From IMG/VR virus record IMGVR_UViG_2778261154_000007, positions 1-18,507 of that record: a DNA stretch of 18,507 nt; one strand, written 5' to 3'. This document shows, piece by piece, positions 1 to 9,641 of the stretch (positions are counted from its first letter, which is position 1; each line of letters opens with the position of its first letter). This DNA is from a virus (Duplodnaviria > Heunggongvirae > Uroviricota > Caudoviricetes). The position numbers and the translations under genes were made by a program. Below the pieces are notes generated by a model. It was given only the letters and a program-made list of their open reading frames with translations, was not told the origin of the DNA and did not search any database.

Positions 1-159
1 CCACGGGAATATCTGCGGCAGCGGGCTTGTAATGGGTTAAGTGATAACAGATGTCTGGAAATATAGGGGCAAATCCATCCGCGTGCTGATGTCGATTATC
101 TGTTTGCGCAGGTAATCGTTCATGAGCAACGTGTCGATACCACGCCTAACTGCGGCAAT

Positions 160-927
160 ATGCTGTCTGGTGTTGGGGCATTCGCCATTGAAAATGGTTT
201 GATTGCAGCGACTTCGCCAGTTACTCGCGTACGTATCCGCAACGTCAATACGGGTACGTTCATCGAAGCTGATGTGCAAACGCCAAATGGTGTTGTCGAG
301 TACGAGGGTAGCGCCAGAATTGACGGCGTACCGGGTACTGCCGCACCGGTTGCGCTCACTTTCCTGAATGCCGCTGGAACCAAAACCGGAAAAGTTTTCC
401 CGACTGATAATCAGATTGATTATTTTGACGATGTCCCGGTGACCTGTATCGATATGGCGATGCCAGTCGTCATTATTCCGGCTGAATATCTGGGAAAAAC
501 AGGTTATGAATTACCGGCGGAACTGGATGCCGACAAAGCATTATTAGCCCGCATTGAATCTATCCGTCTACAAGCGGGTAAAGCAATGGGCTTAGGTGAT
601 GTCAGTAATATGGTTATCCCTAAACCTGTGCTTATTTCTCCAGCGCAGAAAGGCGGGGCAATTAATGTGCGTTATTTTATGCCGCATTCTTGCCATCGCG
701 CGCTGGCGATAACCGGTGCTATTGCTATTTCCAGTAGTTGTGCATTGGAAGGCACCGTCACCCGACAAATCGTCCCTTCTGTAGGATACGGCAATATCAA
801 TATTGAACACCCCAGTGGTGCGCTCGACGTTCATTTAAGTAATGAAGGTCAGGATGCCACGACGTTACGCGCATCTGTTATTCGGACGACCAGAAAAATA
901 TTTTCCGGTGAAGTTTATCTTCCCTGA
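160..927 (+). CDS. ybhH: PrpF/AcnD-accessory family isomerase-like protein, 3' portion (ybhH-like); possibly disrupted upstream
   Basis: Track ORF 255 aa. Frame 1 is open from 67 and translates to DVDYLFAQV...NCGNMLSGVGAFA, resembling a PrpF-family motif, but an in-frame TAG lies at 64-66 and all three frames contain stops within 1-66. Gene order ybhH-ybhI-ybhJ-ybhC next to lambda attB supports the identity. Confidence 0.55.
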   Translation: MLSGVGAFAIENGLIAATSPVTRVRIRNVNTGTFIEADVQTPNGVVEYEGSARIDGVPGTAAPVALTFLNAAGTKTGKVFPTDNQIDYFDDVPVTCIDMAMPVVIIPAEYLGKTGYELPAELDADKALLARIESIRLQAGKAMGLGDVSNMVIPKPVLISPAQKGGAINVRYFMPHSCHRALAITGAIAISSSCALEGTVTRQIVPSVGYGNINIEHPSGALDVHLSNEGQDATTLRASVIRTTRKIFSGEVYLP

Positions 928-1002
928 AAAAATTCGTTGTCAGGATAAGGACAATCAATAAAGGACTTCTGTATGAGTCATACAGAAAGAACAGGATTTT
1001 AA

Positions 1003-2436
1003 ATGAATAAGAAATCGTTATGGAAGCTAATTCTGATATTAGCGATCCCATGTATTATTGGCTTTATGCCAGCTCCGGCAGGATTAAGCGAACTGGCGTG
1101 GGTGCTTTTTGGTATTTACCTGGCGGCCATTGTGGGGCTGGTTATCAAGCCTTTCCCGGAACCTGTCGTACTGTTAATTGCCGTTGCTGCCTCAATGGTG
1201 GTGGTCGGTAACTTATCCGACGGTGCGTTTAAAACCACCGCCGTATTAAGCGGTTACTCTTCAGGTACCACCTGGCTGGTGTTCTCGGCGTTTACCTTAA
1301 GCGCCGCATTTGTGACCACCGGTTTAGGTAAACGTATTGCCTATCTGCTGATTGGTAAAATCGGTAACACCACGCTGGGTCTGGGTTACGTTACGGTATT
1401 CCTCGATCTGGTACTGGCTCCGGCAACACCGTCTAACACCGCGCGTGCGGGCGGCATTGTGTTACCGATCATCAACAGCGTGGCGGTGGCTTTGGGGTCC
1501 GAACCGGAAAAAAGTCCGCGTCGTGTCGGACATTACCTGATGATGTCCATTTACATGGTCACCAAAACCACCAGCTATATGTTCTTTACCGCAATGGCGG
1601 GGAACATTCTGGCGCTGAAAATGATCAACGACATTCTGCACCTGCAAATTAGCTGGGGTGGATGGGCGCTGGCAGCCGGATTGCCGGGCATCATTATGCT
1701 GCTGGTCACCCCGCTGGTGATTTACACCATGTATCCACCAGAAATTAAGAAGGTGGATAACAAAACCATCGCTAAAGCGGGCCTTGCCGAACTAGGACCG
1801 ATGAAAATCCGCGAAAAAATGCTGCTCGGTGTCTTTGTGCTGGCGCTGCTGGGCTGGATTTTCAGTAAGTCTCTGGGGGTTGATGAATCCACCGTGGCAA
1901 TCGTTGTTATGGCAACCATGCTGCTGCTGGGTATCGTTACCTGGGAAGACGTGGTTAAAAATAAAGGCGGCTGGAATACCTTAATCTGGTACGGCGGTAT
2001 TATCGGCTTAAGCTCCTTATTATCGAAAGTTAAATTCTTCGAATGGTTAGCTGAAGTCTTTAAAAATAACCTGGCATTTGATGGTCACGGTAACGTTGCT
2101 TTCTTCGTTATTATTTTCCTCAGCATTATCGTGCGTTATTTCTTCGCTTCCGGTAGTGCCTATATCGTTGCTATGTTACCGGTATTTGCCATGCTGGCGA
2201 ACGTCTCCGGCGCACCGTTAATGTTAACCGCGCTGGCACTGTTGTTCTCCAACTCCTATGGCGGCATGGTTACTCACTATGGCGGCGCGGCAGGTCCGGT
2301 CATCTTTGGCGTGGGTTATAACGATATTAAATCCTGGTGGTTGGTCGGTGCGGTACTGACGATATTAACCTTCCTGGTGCATATCACCCTCGGCGTGTGG
2401 TGGTGGAATATGCTGATCGGCTGGAACATGCTGTAA
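1003..2436 (+). CDS. ybhI: DASS-family (divalent anion:sodium symporter-like) inner membrane transporter
   Basis: 477-aa ORF, highly hydrophobic with many predicted TM helices; position between ybhH-like and ybhJ-like genes. Confidence 0.8.
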   Translation: MNKKSLWKLILILAIPCIIGFMPAPAGLSELAWVLFGIYLAAIVGLVIKPFPEPVVLLIAVAASMVVVGNLSDGAFKTTAVLSGYSSGTTWLVFSAFTLSAAFVTTGLGKRIAYLLIGKIGNTTLGLGYVTVFLDLVLAPATPSNTARAGGIVLPIINSVAVALGSEPEKSPRRVGHYLMMSIYMVTKTTSYMFFTAMAGNILALKMINDILHLQISWGGWALAAGLPGIIMLLVTPLVIYTMYPPEIKKVDNKTIAKAGLAELGPMKIREKMLLGVFVLALLGWIFSKSLGVDESTVAIVVMATMLLLGIVTWEDVVKNKGGWNTLIWYGGIIGLSSLLSKVKFFEWLAEVFKNNLAFDGHGNVAFFVIIFLSIIVRYFFASGSAYIVAMLPVFAMLANVSGAPLMLTALALLFSNSYGGMVTHYGGAAGPVIFGVGYNDIKSWWLVGAVLTILTFLVHITLGVWWWNMLIGWNML

Positions 2437-2580
2437 ATATACTCGTCATACTTCAAGTTGCATGTGCTGCGTTTGCGTTCGCTCACCCCAGTCACTTACT
2501 TATGTAAGCTCCTGGGGATTCACTCACTTGTCGCCTTCCTGCAACTCGAATTATTTAGAGTATATCCATTTATTATCTTT

Positions 2581-2602
2581 CTGCGCACTTCACGGTGCGC
2601 AG
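2581..2602 (+). promoter_or_regulatory. Perfect 8-bp inverted repeat (CTGCGCAC-N6-GTGCGCAG) just upstream of the ybhJ-like start
   Basis: Read directly: ctgcgcac ttcacg gtgcgcag. No following T-tract, so more likely an operator or RNA structure than an intrinsic terminator. Confidence 0.3.
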
Positions 2603-2618
2603 ATATCTGGAGCATTTG

Positions 2619-4880
2619 ATGATCAAGTTATCTGAAAAAGGCGTGTTTCTCGCCAGTAATAACGAAATAATTGCCGAAGAACATTTCACCGGCGAAATTA
2701 AAAAAGAAGAAGCCAAAAAAGGCACTATTGCCTGGTCTATTCTCTCTTCTCATAATACGTCCGGAAATATGGATAAACTTAAAATTAAGTTTGATTCATT
2801 AGCCTCTCACGATATTACCTTTGTTGGTATTGTACAGACCGCTAAAGCGTCCGGAATGGAACGTTTCCCGCTGCCGTATGTGCTGACCAACTGCCATAAC
2901 TCACTCTGCGCCGTCGGCGGCACCATTAACGGTGATGACCATGTTTTTGGTTTATCGGCAGCTCAGCGTTATGGCGGTATTTTTGTGCCTCCGCATATTG
3001 CGGTCATCCATCAATATATGCGTGAGATGATGGCAGGCGGCGGCAAAATGATCCTCGGGTCAGACAGCCACACCCGTTACGGTGCATTAGGGACAATGGC
3101 AGTCGGTGAGGGCGGCGGTGAGTTGGTAAAACAGCTGCTTAATGACACCTGGGATATCGACTATCCGGGAGTTGTTGCGGTGCATCTGACCGGAAAACCA
3201 GCGCCGTATGTGGGGCCGCAGGATGTGGCGCTGGCTATCATCGGTGCCGTGTTCAAAAACGGCTACGTCAAAAACAAAGTGATGGAATTCGTAGGTCCCG
3301 GTGTTGCTGCGCTCTCTACCGATTTCCGTAACAGCGTTGACGTTATGACCACTGAAACGACCTGTTTAAGTTCTGTCTGGCAAACCGATGAAGAAGTCCA
3401 TAACTGGCTGGCGCTGCACGGTCGCGGCCAGGATTACTGCCAGCTTAACCCTCAACCGATGGCGTACTACGATGGCTGCATCAGCGTTGATTTAAGCGCC
3501 ATCAAACCAATGATTGCGCTGCCGTTCCACCCGAGCAACGTGTATGAAATCGACACACTGAACCAGAACCTGACCGACATTCTGCGTGAGATTGAAATTG
3601 AGTCCGAACGCGTGGCGCACGGTAAAGCCAAACTCTCGCTGCTGGATAAAGTGGAAAATGGTCGCCTGAAAGTGCAGCAGGGGATTATCGCGGGCTGTTC
3701 TGGCGGTAACTACGAAAACGTCATCGCGGCGGCGAATGCACTGCGCGGTCAATCCTGTGGCAATGACACCTTCTCGCTGGCAGTTTACCCGTCATCACAG
3801 CCGGTGTTTATGGATCTCGCCAAAAAAGGTGTGGTAGCAGATTTGATTGGCGCAGGCGCAATCATCAGAACCGCGTTCTGCGGCCCATGCTTTGGCGCGG
3901 GCGATACGCCAATCAACAACGGATTAAGTATTCGCCACACCACGCGCAACTTCCCGAACCGCGAAGGCTCTAAGCCAGCTAATGGGCAGATGTCAGCGGT
4001 GGCGTTGATGGACGCTCGTTCTATCGCTGCGACTGCGGCAAACGGTGGCTATTTAACCTCTGCCAGCGAACTTGATTGCTGGGACAACGTGCCGGAGTAC
4101 GCCTTCGATGTAACGCCGTATAAAAACCGTGTTTATCAGGGCTTTGTGAAAGGGGCAACTCAGCAACCGCTGATTTACGGACCGAACATTAAAGACTGGC
4201 CGGAATTGGGTGCGCTGACTGACAATATCGTCCTGAAAGTGTGCTCGAAGATCCTCGACGAAGTGACCACCACCGACGAACTGATTCCTTCCGGTGAAAC
4301 CTCTTCTTATCGTTCAAATCCGATTGGTCTGGCGGAGTTTACCCTGTCACGCCGCGATCCCGGTTATGTTGGCAGAAGTAAAGCGACTGCTGAGCTGGAA
4401 AATCAGCGTCTGGCGGGGAATGTCAGCGAGCTGACAGAGGTGTTTGCGCGCATTAAGCAGATTGCTGGTCAGGAGCATATTGATCCGCTGCAAACTGAAA
4501 TTGGCAGCATGGTATATGCGGTGAAACCAGGCGATGGTTCTGCGCGTGAACAGGCGGCGAGCTGCCAGCGTGTGATTGGCGGTCTGGCGAATATTGCCGA
4601 AGAGTACGCGACTAAACGCTACCGTTCTAACGTCATCAACTGGGGGATGTTACCGCTGCAGATGGCGGAAGTGCCAACCTTTGAAGTGGGGGATTACATT
4701 TACATCCCTGGCATTAAAGCGGCGCTGGATAATCCGGGTACGACGTTTAAAGGTTATGTGATCCATGAAGATGCGCCGGTAACGGAAATTACGCTCTATA
4801 TGGAAAGTCTGACTGCTGAAGAGCGCGAGATTATCAAGGCGGGTAGTTTGATTAACTTCAATAAAAACCGTCAGATGTAA
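2619..4880 (+). CDS. ybhJ: Aconitase-family hydratase/dehydratase (753 aa)
   Basis: Track ORF begins at GTG 2595, but ATG 2619 is preceded by GGAG (2608-2611) at good spacing and gives 753 aa. Glycine- and cysteine-containing motifs (GSDSHT, GCSGGN, CGPCFG) are typical of aconitase-family enzymes. Confidence 0.75.
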   Translation: MIKLSEKGVFLASNNEIIAEEHFTGEIKKEEAKKGTIAWSILSSHNTSGNMDKLKIKFDSLASHDITFVGIVQTAKASGMERFPLPYVLTNCHNSLCAVGGTINGDDHVFGLSAAQRYGGIFVPPHIAVIHQYMREMMAGGGKMILGSDSHTRYGALGTMAVGEGGGELVKQLLNDTWDIDYPGVVAVHLTGKPAPYVGPQDVALAIIGAVFKNGYVKNKVMEFVGPGVAALSTDFRNSVDVMTTETTCLSSVWQTDEEVHNWLALHGRGQDYCQLNPQPMAYYDGCISVDLSAIKPMIALPFHPSNVYEIDTLNQNLTDILREIEIESERVAHGKAKLSLLDKVENGRLKVQQGIIAGCSGGNYENVIAAANALRGQSCGNDTFSLAVYPSSQPVFMDLAKKGVVADLIGAGAIIRTAFCGPCFGAGDTPINNGLSIRHTTRNFPNREGSKPANGQMSAVALMDARSIAATAANGGYLTSASELDCWDNVPEYAFDVTPYKNRVYQGFVKGATQQPLIYGPNIKDWPELGALTDNIVLKVCSKILDEVTTTDELIPSGETSSYRSNPIGLAEFTLSRRDPGYVGRSKATAELENQRLAGNVSELTEVFARIKQIAGQEHIDPLQTEIGSMVYAVKPGDGSAREQAASCQRVIGGLANIAEEYATKRYRSNVINWGMLPLQMAEVPTFEVGDYIYIPGIKAALDNPGTTFKGYVIHEDAPVTEITLYMESLTAEEREIIKAGSLINFNKNRQM

Positions 4881-4892
4881 AAAGCGCCATGT

Positions 4893-5006
<114 letters not shown>

Positions 5007-5020
5007 ATAGTTAATTGCTC

Positions 5021-6304
5021 TTACTTCTTCGCCTCTGCAACCACTTTACTACCCACGCCGCGGTTATTGTATTCCCACATGCGGTTGTAGTTAGTGTCAT
5101 TCAGATTGCGCTGTATTTCGTCGTTATCATCTACGCTGCCGGTATTACCCGCAAACGGACGATTAGAGATCACCGCATCGGCCCACGGTTTAGCCGTGTT
5201 AAAACCTTCGTTGATGGCGCTATCACGGATCACCACCTGACCGTTGGTATTGGCATCAACATCCAGCGAGCGGCCCAGTTGCGCCACACCATCACCGAAA
5301 GCATTGAAACGGCTGTTTACGGCGAGGAAACCGTAGTAAATGTTGGACAGCGTAGCCGGTGCAAACACATACGCTTCTTGCTGAGTACGTGAGTTCACCA
5401 CGCGGAATTCGGTGTTATCGAACACCACTGCGCCGCGACCAGAAACGATATCCACATCCCCTTCAATGTAGCTGTTGGTCACCAGCGTACGCGGCTGACG
5501 ATTCGTTTCCAGACGGTTCTGCACACCGCTGTTGGTGACAAAGAAGGTGTTCTGACGACCGAGAATGTTAACGTTGTTAATCTGTACCTGGTCACCATCA
5601 GTACGCAGTGCCACCGCCGGATGGTTACCTGCATCTACGCTATCGCCCAGCGTGTTTTCGATGGTCAGATTTTGCAGTTGCAGGCCATTGTTTTGTGACC
5701 AGAAGACCGCAGAGCAGAGAACACCGATACTGTCGCTGCGTTTGCTCTGGCAGCTATCGTACATATACCACGCTGGTTTACCTGGCATATATTTGCCGCG
5801 CGGGTTGACGTCGTGACGCCAGTCGGCAGGGCTCATGCCACCATCAAGGGAAAGCCCAATCTTCACATCAATCGGTTTTTCACCTGTACCGTACAGAGTA
5901 ATTCCACCCGGAGCGGCAGGGACATATACCGTTCCCTGATACTCACCAGGCATCACGGCAATATACTGGCGCTTGTTGGTACGCTTGATAATTGCCGCAT
6001 CTACCGCCGCCTGAATCGTGGTATGCGTTACACCTTGAGTGCCCGCCGGGCCGACAACAAAGTCAGGTTGCGCAGGCAGGGTAATCGGGGAAGGATTCCA
6101 CGCTGCAGCACCTGGTGTCAGGGATGCAAAATAGTGTTGAGCATCGAAATTCTGCGCTTCTTTTGCCGACAGAATCGGGCGAGAAGAGGTACCAGGCGCG
6201 GTTTGATCAGAAGGACGTTGATCGGGCGGGGTTGAGCTACAGGCGGTCAGCGTCACGCCAAAAGCCAATGCCAGCGCCAGACGGGAAACTGAAAATGTGT
6301 TCAC
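5021..6304 (-). CDS. ybhC: Outer-membrane lipoprotein of the pectinesterase-like / acyl-CoA thioesterase family (427 aa)
   Basis: N-terminal lipoprotein signal with lipobox LTAC (MNTFSVSRLALALAFGVTLTACSS); 427 aa; immediately adjacent to the lambda attB core, as expected for ybhC. Confidence 0.8.
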   Translation of the reverse strand: MNTFSVSRLALALAFGVTLTACSSTPPDQRPSDQTAPGTSSRPILSAKEAQNFDAQHYFASLTPGAAAWNPSPITLPAQPDFVVGPAGTQGVTHTTIQAAVDAAIIKRTNKRQYIAVMPGEYQGTVYVPAAPGGITLYGTGEKPIDVKIGLSLDGGMSPADWRHDVNPRGKYMPGKPAWYMYDSCQSKRSDSIGVLCSAVFWSQNNGLQLQNLTIENTLGDSVDAGNHPAVALRTDGDQVQINNVNILGRQNTFFVTNSGVQNRLETNRQPRTLVTNSYIEGDVDIVSGRGAVVFDNTEFRVVNSRTQQEAYVFAPATLSNIYYGFLAVNSRFNAFGDGVAQLGRSLDVDANTNGQVVIRDSAINEGFNTAKPWADAVISNRPFAGNTGSVDDNDEIQRNLNDTNYNRMWEYNNRGVGSKVVAEAKK

Positions 6305-6340
6305 AGGTTGCTCCGGGCTATGAAATAGAAAAATGAATCC

Positions 6341-6438
6341 GTTGAAGCCTGCTTTTTTATACTAAGTTGGCATTATAAAAAAGCATTGCTTATCAATTTG
6401 TTGCAACGAACAGGTCATTATCAGTCAAAATAAAATCA
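6341..6438. other. Prophage left attachment site attL (host B arm, core GCTTTTTTATACTAA at 6351-6365, phage P' arm with Int arm-type/IHF region)
   Basis: The 15-bp lambda att core is read directly. Downstream sequence gttggcattataaaaaagcattgcttatcaatttgttgcaacgaacaggtcattatcagtcaaaataaaatcattatttg matches the lambda attP P' arm as recalled. Confidence 0.85.
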
Positions 6439-7509
6439 TTATTTGATTTCAATTTTGTCCCACTCCCTGCCTCTGTCATCACGATACTGTGATGCCATGG
6501 TGTCCGACTTGTGCCCGAGAAGATGTTGAGCAAACTTATCGCTTATCTGCTTCTCATAGAGTCTTGCAGACAAACTGCGCAACTCGTGAAAGGTAGGTGG
6601 ATCCCCTTCGAAGGAAAGACCTGATGCTTTTCGTGCGCGCATAAAATACCTTGATACTGTGCCGGATGAAAGCGGTTCACGACGAGTAGATGCAATTATG
6701 GTTTCTCCGCCAAGAATCTCTTTGCATTTATCAAGTGTTTCCTTCATTGATATCCCGAGAGCATCAACATGCAATGTTGTAGGGATGGCAATTTTTACGC
6801 CTGTTTTGCTTTGCTCGACATAAAGATATCCATCTACGATATCAGACCACTTCATTTCGCATAAATCACCAACTCGTTGCCCGGTAACAACAGCCAGTTC
6901 CATTGCAAGTCTGAGCCAACATGGTGATGATTCTGCTGCTTGATAAATTTTCAGGTATTCGTCAGCCGTAAGTCTTGATCTCCTTACCTCTGATTTTGCT
7001 GCGCGAGTGGCAGCGACCGGGTTTGTTGTTATATGGCCTTCAGCTATTGCCTCTCGGAATGCATCGCTCAGTGTTGATCTGATTAACTTGGCTGATGCCG
7101 CCTTGCCCTCGTCTATGTATCCATTGAGCATTGCCGCAATTTCTTTTGTGGTGATGTCTTCAAGTGGAGCATCAGGCAGCCCCCTCCTTATTGCTTTAAT
7201 TTTGCTCATGTAATTTATGAGTGTCTTCTGCTTGATTCCTCTGCTGGCGAGGATTTTTTCGTAGCGATCAAGCCATGAATGTAACGTAACAGAATTATCA
7301 CTGTTGATTCTCGCTGTCAGAGGCTTGTGTTTGTGTCCTGAAAATAACTCAATGTTGGCCTGTATAGCTTCAGTGATTGCGATTCGCCTGTCTCGGCCTA
7401 ATCCAAACTCTTTACCCGTCCTTGGGTCCCTGTAGCAGTAATATCCATTGTTTCTTATATAAAGGTTAGGGGGTAAATCCCGGCGCTCATGACTTCGCCT
7501 TCTTCCCAT
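6439..7509 (-). CDS. int: Lambda-type tyrosine integrase Int (356 aa)
   Basis: Translation MGRRRSHERRDLPPNLYIRNNGYYCYRDPRTGKEFGLGRDRR... matches lambda Int over its length; 356 aa; adjacent to attL. Confidence 0.95.
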   Translation of the reverse strand: MGRRRSHERRDLPPNLYIRNNGYYCYRDPRTGKEFGLGRDRRIAITEAIQANIELFSGHKHKPLTARINSDNSVTLHSWLDRYEKILASRGIKQKTLINYMSKIKAIRRGLPDAPLEDITTKEIAAMLNGYIDEGKAASAKLIRSTLSDAFREAIAEGHITTNPVAATRAAKSEVRRSRLTADEYLKIYQAAESSPCWLRLAMELAVVTGQRVGDLCEMKWSDIVDGYLYVEQSKTGVKIAIPTTLHVDALGISMKETLDKCKEILGGETIIASTRREPLSSGTVSRYFMRARKASGLSFEGDPPTFHELRSLSARLYEKQISDKFAQHLLGHKSDTMASQYRDDRGREWDKIEIK

Positions 7510-7705
7510 TTCTGATCCTCTTCAAAAGGCTACCTGTTACTGGTCGATTTAAGTCAACCTTTACCGCTGATTCGTGGAACAAATACTCTCTTCCATCCTT
7601 AACCGGAGGAGGGAATATCCTGCACTCGCGTACCCATCGACGAACTGTTTCAAGGCTCCTTGGGCGTCGCTGGCGTGCGTTCCACTCCTGAAGTGTCAAG
7701 TACAT
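7487..7705 (-). CDS. xis: Excisionase Xis (72 aa)
   Basis: Translation MYLTLQEWNARQRRPRSLETVRRWVRECRIFPPPVKDGREYLFHESAVKVDLNRPVTGSLLKRIRNGKKAKS matches lambda Xis; 23-nt overlap with int as in lambda. Confidence 0.95.
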   Translation of the reverse strand: MYLTLQEWNARQRRPRSLETVRRWVRECRIFPPPVKDGREYLFHESAVKVDLNRPVTGSLLKRIRNGKKAKS

Positions 7706-7759
7706 CGCAAAGTCTCCGCAATTACTCGCAAGGGAGCGAGTATTGGTTTATTTTCTCCA

Positions 7760-7783
7760 ACAAAAAAGGAGCCGAAGCTCCTT
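7760..7783 (-). terminator. Candidate rho-independent terminator downstream of the 207-aa AntA-like gene
   Basis: On the minus strand: GGAGCTTCGGCTCC hairpin (plus 7768-7781) followed by TTTTTTG. Confidence 0.5.
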
Positions 7784-7789
7784 TGATGA

Positions 7790-8413
7790 TTAAAATTCGA
7801 ATTGTCTCGCCCGAAGGCTTTTCAGCATTGGTTTTGCCCGTTCGAAAAGGGCGCTTGCTTGGTCAAGTCGTGTCGCCTCCCTTAGCAGTACATCTCTGTT
7901 TTTCGTCACCGTGTAAAAAGTTTCAAACGCGATGTCATACAGCTTGCTCGTGTATGATGAGTTCAGTTCCTTCAATATCGGGTACAGACGTTTGCAGATG
8001 TCCTGCGCATTCTCCATCTGTACCTGCATATAGCAAAGGAGGATGATTTCTTCGTCTGTGAATTGCTGCGCTGGTTGCATGCTGCGAAGTTTCTTTTCGC
8101 ACTCGATGAAGTATCGGCGTATCTGGCGGCCTTTTTCGTTACGCTCGACCATCGCCGTTTCTTTGGCTGTATCGAGGGTGAGGTGATAGTCTTTGCTACG
8201 GCGATCGCCTCCTCGACCTTTGATTTCCCGATTTGGGGAAACCAAAATATAGTCCTGATTTTCAACGAAACCATATTCAGCAATGCGTTCTGTAATCCAC
8301 GATGCAAAGCGTTTACCTACCCCAAGAAAAGTATGTAAATCACGGGCATTAACGAGAAGAGTTGTTTCGTTGGATATAGTGCCGTTGAATACGGGGATGA
8401 GTTGACTGGTCAT
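7790..8413 (-). CDS. Phage antirepressor-like protein (AntA/AntB N-terminal domain-like), 207 aa
   Basis: N-terminal segment ISNETTLLVNARDLHTFLGVGKRFASWITERIAEYGFVENQDYI resembles AntA/AntB-type antirepressor domains; located in the b2-proximal accessory region next to xis. Confidence 0.55.
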   Translation of the reverse strand: MTSQLIPVFNGTISNETTLLVNARDLHTFLGVGKRFASWITERIAEYGFVENQDYILVSPNREIKGRGGDRRSKDYHLTLDTAKETAMVERNEKGRQIRRYFIECEKKLRSMQPAQQFTDEEIILLCYMQVQMENAQDICKRLYPILKELNSSYTSKLYDIAFETFYTVTKNRDVLLREATRLDQASALFERAKPMLKSLRARQFEF

Positions 8414-8734
8414 TTTTATGTCCTTTGCATTTGTTCAGATAGCCCTGTGTTCAGCAGGGCGGTCAGGTACTTGAACACCGTGCAAAGTCGGCCCGTATCC
8501 TTAACCTTTCGGCTGTTTTTCGGTATACGCGCTACCCGACCATATCTGAAAAATGGACATAAAAAATCCGCATGACTGACGGGTGCGGTTTCCGCTTTGC
8601 AAGGTGTGTTCAGCACCATGAAGCGGAATATAGCCCCGTTAATGCGGTGTTGTCAAATCATGTAGGCCTTATCTTGCTGTAAGCCGCGCCATTCGGGCTT
8701 TTCCCCACATTTGGGGAAAACTATCTTGTCAAAA

Positions 8735-9517
8735 TCATGCAGCCTTTCGCCCTCCTTCGATGAGTTCCTCTATTTTGTGCACTCCAGCCTCGTTGTACCG
8801 AAATGTTTCAACCTGCTTGTCATTGTGCGCCGATTTGTCGATGAACCACTTCCCGTACTTTTCTGTTTTGAGCATGTAGGTGTTGGCTATGCGTCCTACC
8901 TTGTTGGCTGAAATACCGTAGCGCTGGCCGACTTCCGTAGCAGAGTAGTAGTGCTCTGAGATAGCTGGCAGAGGTACAACATCGCGACCAACAATCGGGT
9001 TGAACACTCCAGCTACTGCTGCCTGCTTTGATTCTGAGGACAGATTCGGGAACATATTCACCAGTCGATCCGCCACGTTCAAAGCTATTTCCATGGCTCG
9101 CGCACGGTCTAGGCTACTTTCTGGTTGCGGTACTGGTTGAGGATGGTTGGCAACCTTTTCGCGCTGATTGAAGTAGCCGTCCTCCAGTTTTTCGAACACG
9201 TCCCATGCCTGATCCGTTTCGAGCATCTTCGCGTGACGGGCGGCTCCGCGCTCTGTCCAGAGGATGAGGTGGCGTGCATTTGGGGCAATTTTCACAAAGT
9301 AGTTTAAAGCTACTTTGTGTTTTAGCGCGCGCAGCTCGTCACCAACGACCTTGTAGAAGTGTACCCCCTCAACAAAGCGCGACTTGTTTTCATGATGGTT
9401 TTGCCGGATGCGCACAACATCCGTTCCGTACAACTGCGCCAATAGTTCGCTGGTGATGACGTTGGTTTGTTTGTAGGTGATTGGTGAAAGTGTTTCAACA
9501 GAAATTTGAGCATTCAT
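8735..9517 (-). CDS. Phage regulatory/antirepressor-family protein (ORF6N/Rha-like N-terminal domain), 260 aa
   Basis: N-terminal TSELLAQLYGTDVVRIRQNHHENKSRFVEGVHFYKV resembles ORF6N/Rha-type domains; the C-terminal half is unrelated. Confidence 0.5.
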   Translation of the reverse strand: MNAQISVETLSPITYKQTNVITSELLAQLYGTDVVRIRQNHHENKSRFVEGVHFYKVVGDELRALKHKVALNYFVKIAPNARHLILWTERGAARHAKMLETDQAWDVFEKLEDGYFNQREKVANHPQPVPQPESSLDRARAMEIALNVADRLVNMFPNLSSESKQAAVAGVFNPIVGRDVVPLPAISEHYYSATEVGQRYGISANKVGRIANTYMLKTEKYGKWFIDKSAHNDKQVETFRYNEAGVHKIEELIEGGRKAA

Positions 9518-9641
9518 AGCGTCCTCACATTGGCTTTTGCATTGAAGAAAGCTTGACGGTGAACTCGCCGTAACGAGTTCAGATAAAAGAAATCCCCGCG
9601 AGTGCGAGGATTGTTATTTACCTTTGACGGCAAGTTGCAGG

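Noticed and set aside
2595-2618. GTG start at 2595 for the ybhJ-like gene (761 aa)
   Set aside because: It lies inside the upstream inverted repeat and lacks an RBS; ATG 2619 has GGAG at proper spacing.
7574-8046. Plus-strand ORFs 7574-7786 and 7660-8046 across the xis / AntA-like region
   Set aside because: They are antisense to xis and to the 207-aa gene, and cross the minus-strand terminator; no start signals.
8416-8619. 67-aa minus-strand ORF in the spacer between the antirepressor-like genes
   Set aside because: No RBS, and it overlaps the palindrome-rich region; it starts 3 nt after the upstream gene without coupling signals. More likely non-coding regulatory sequence.
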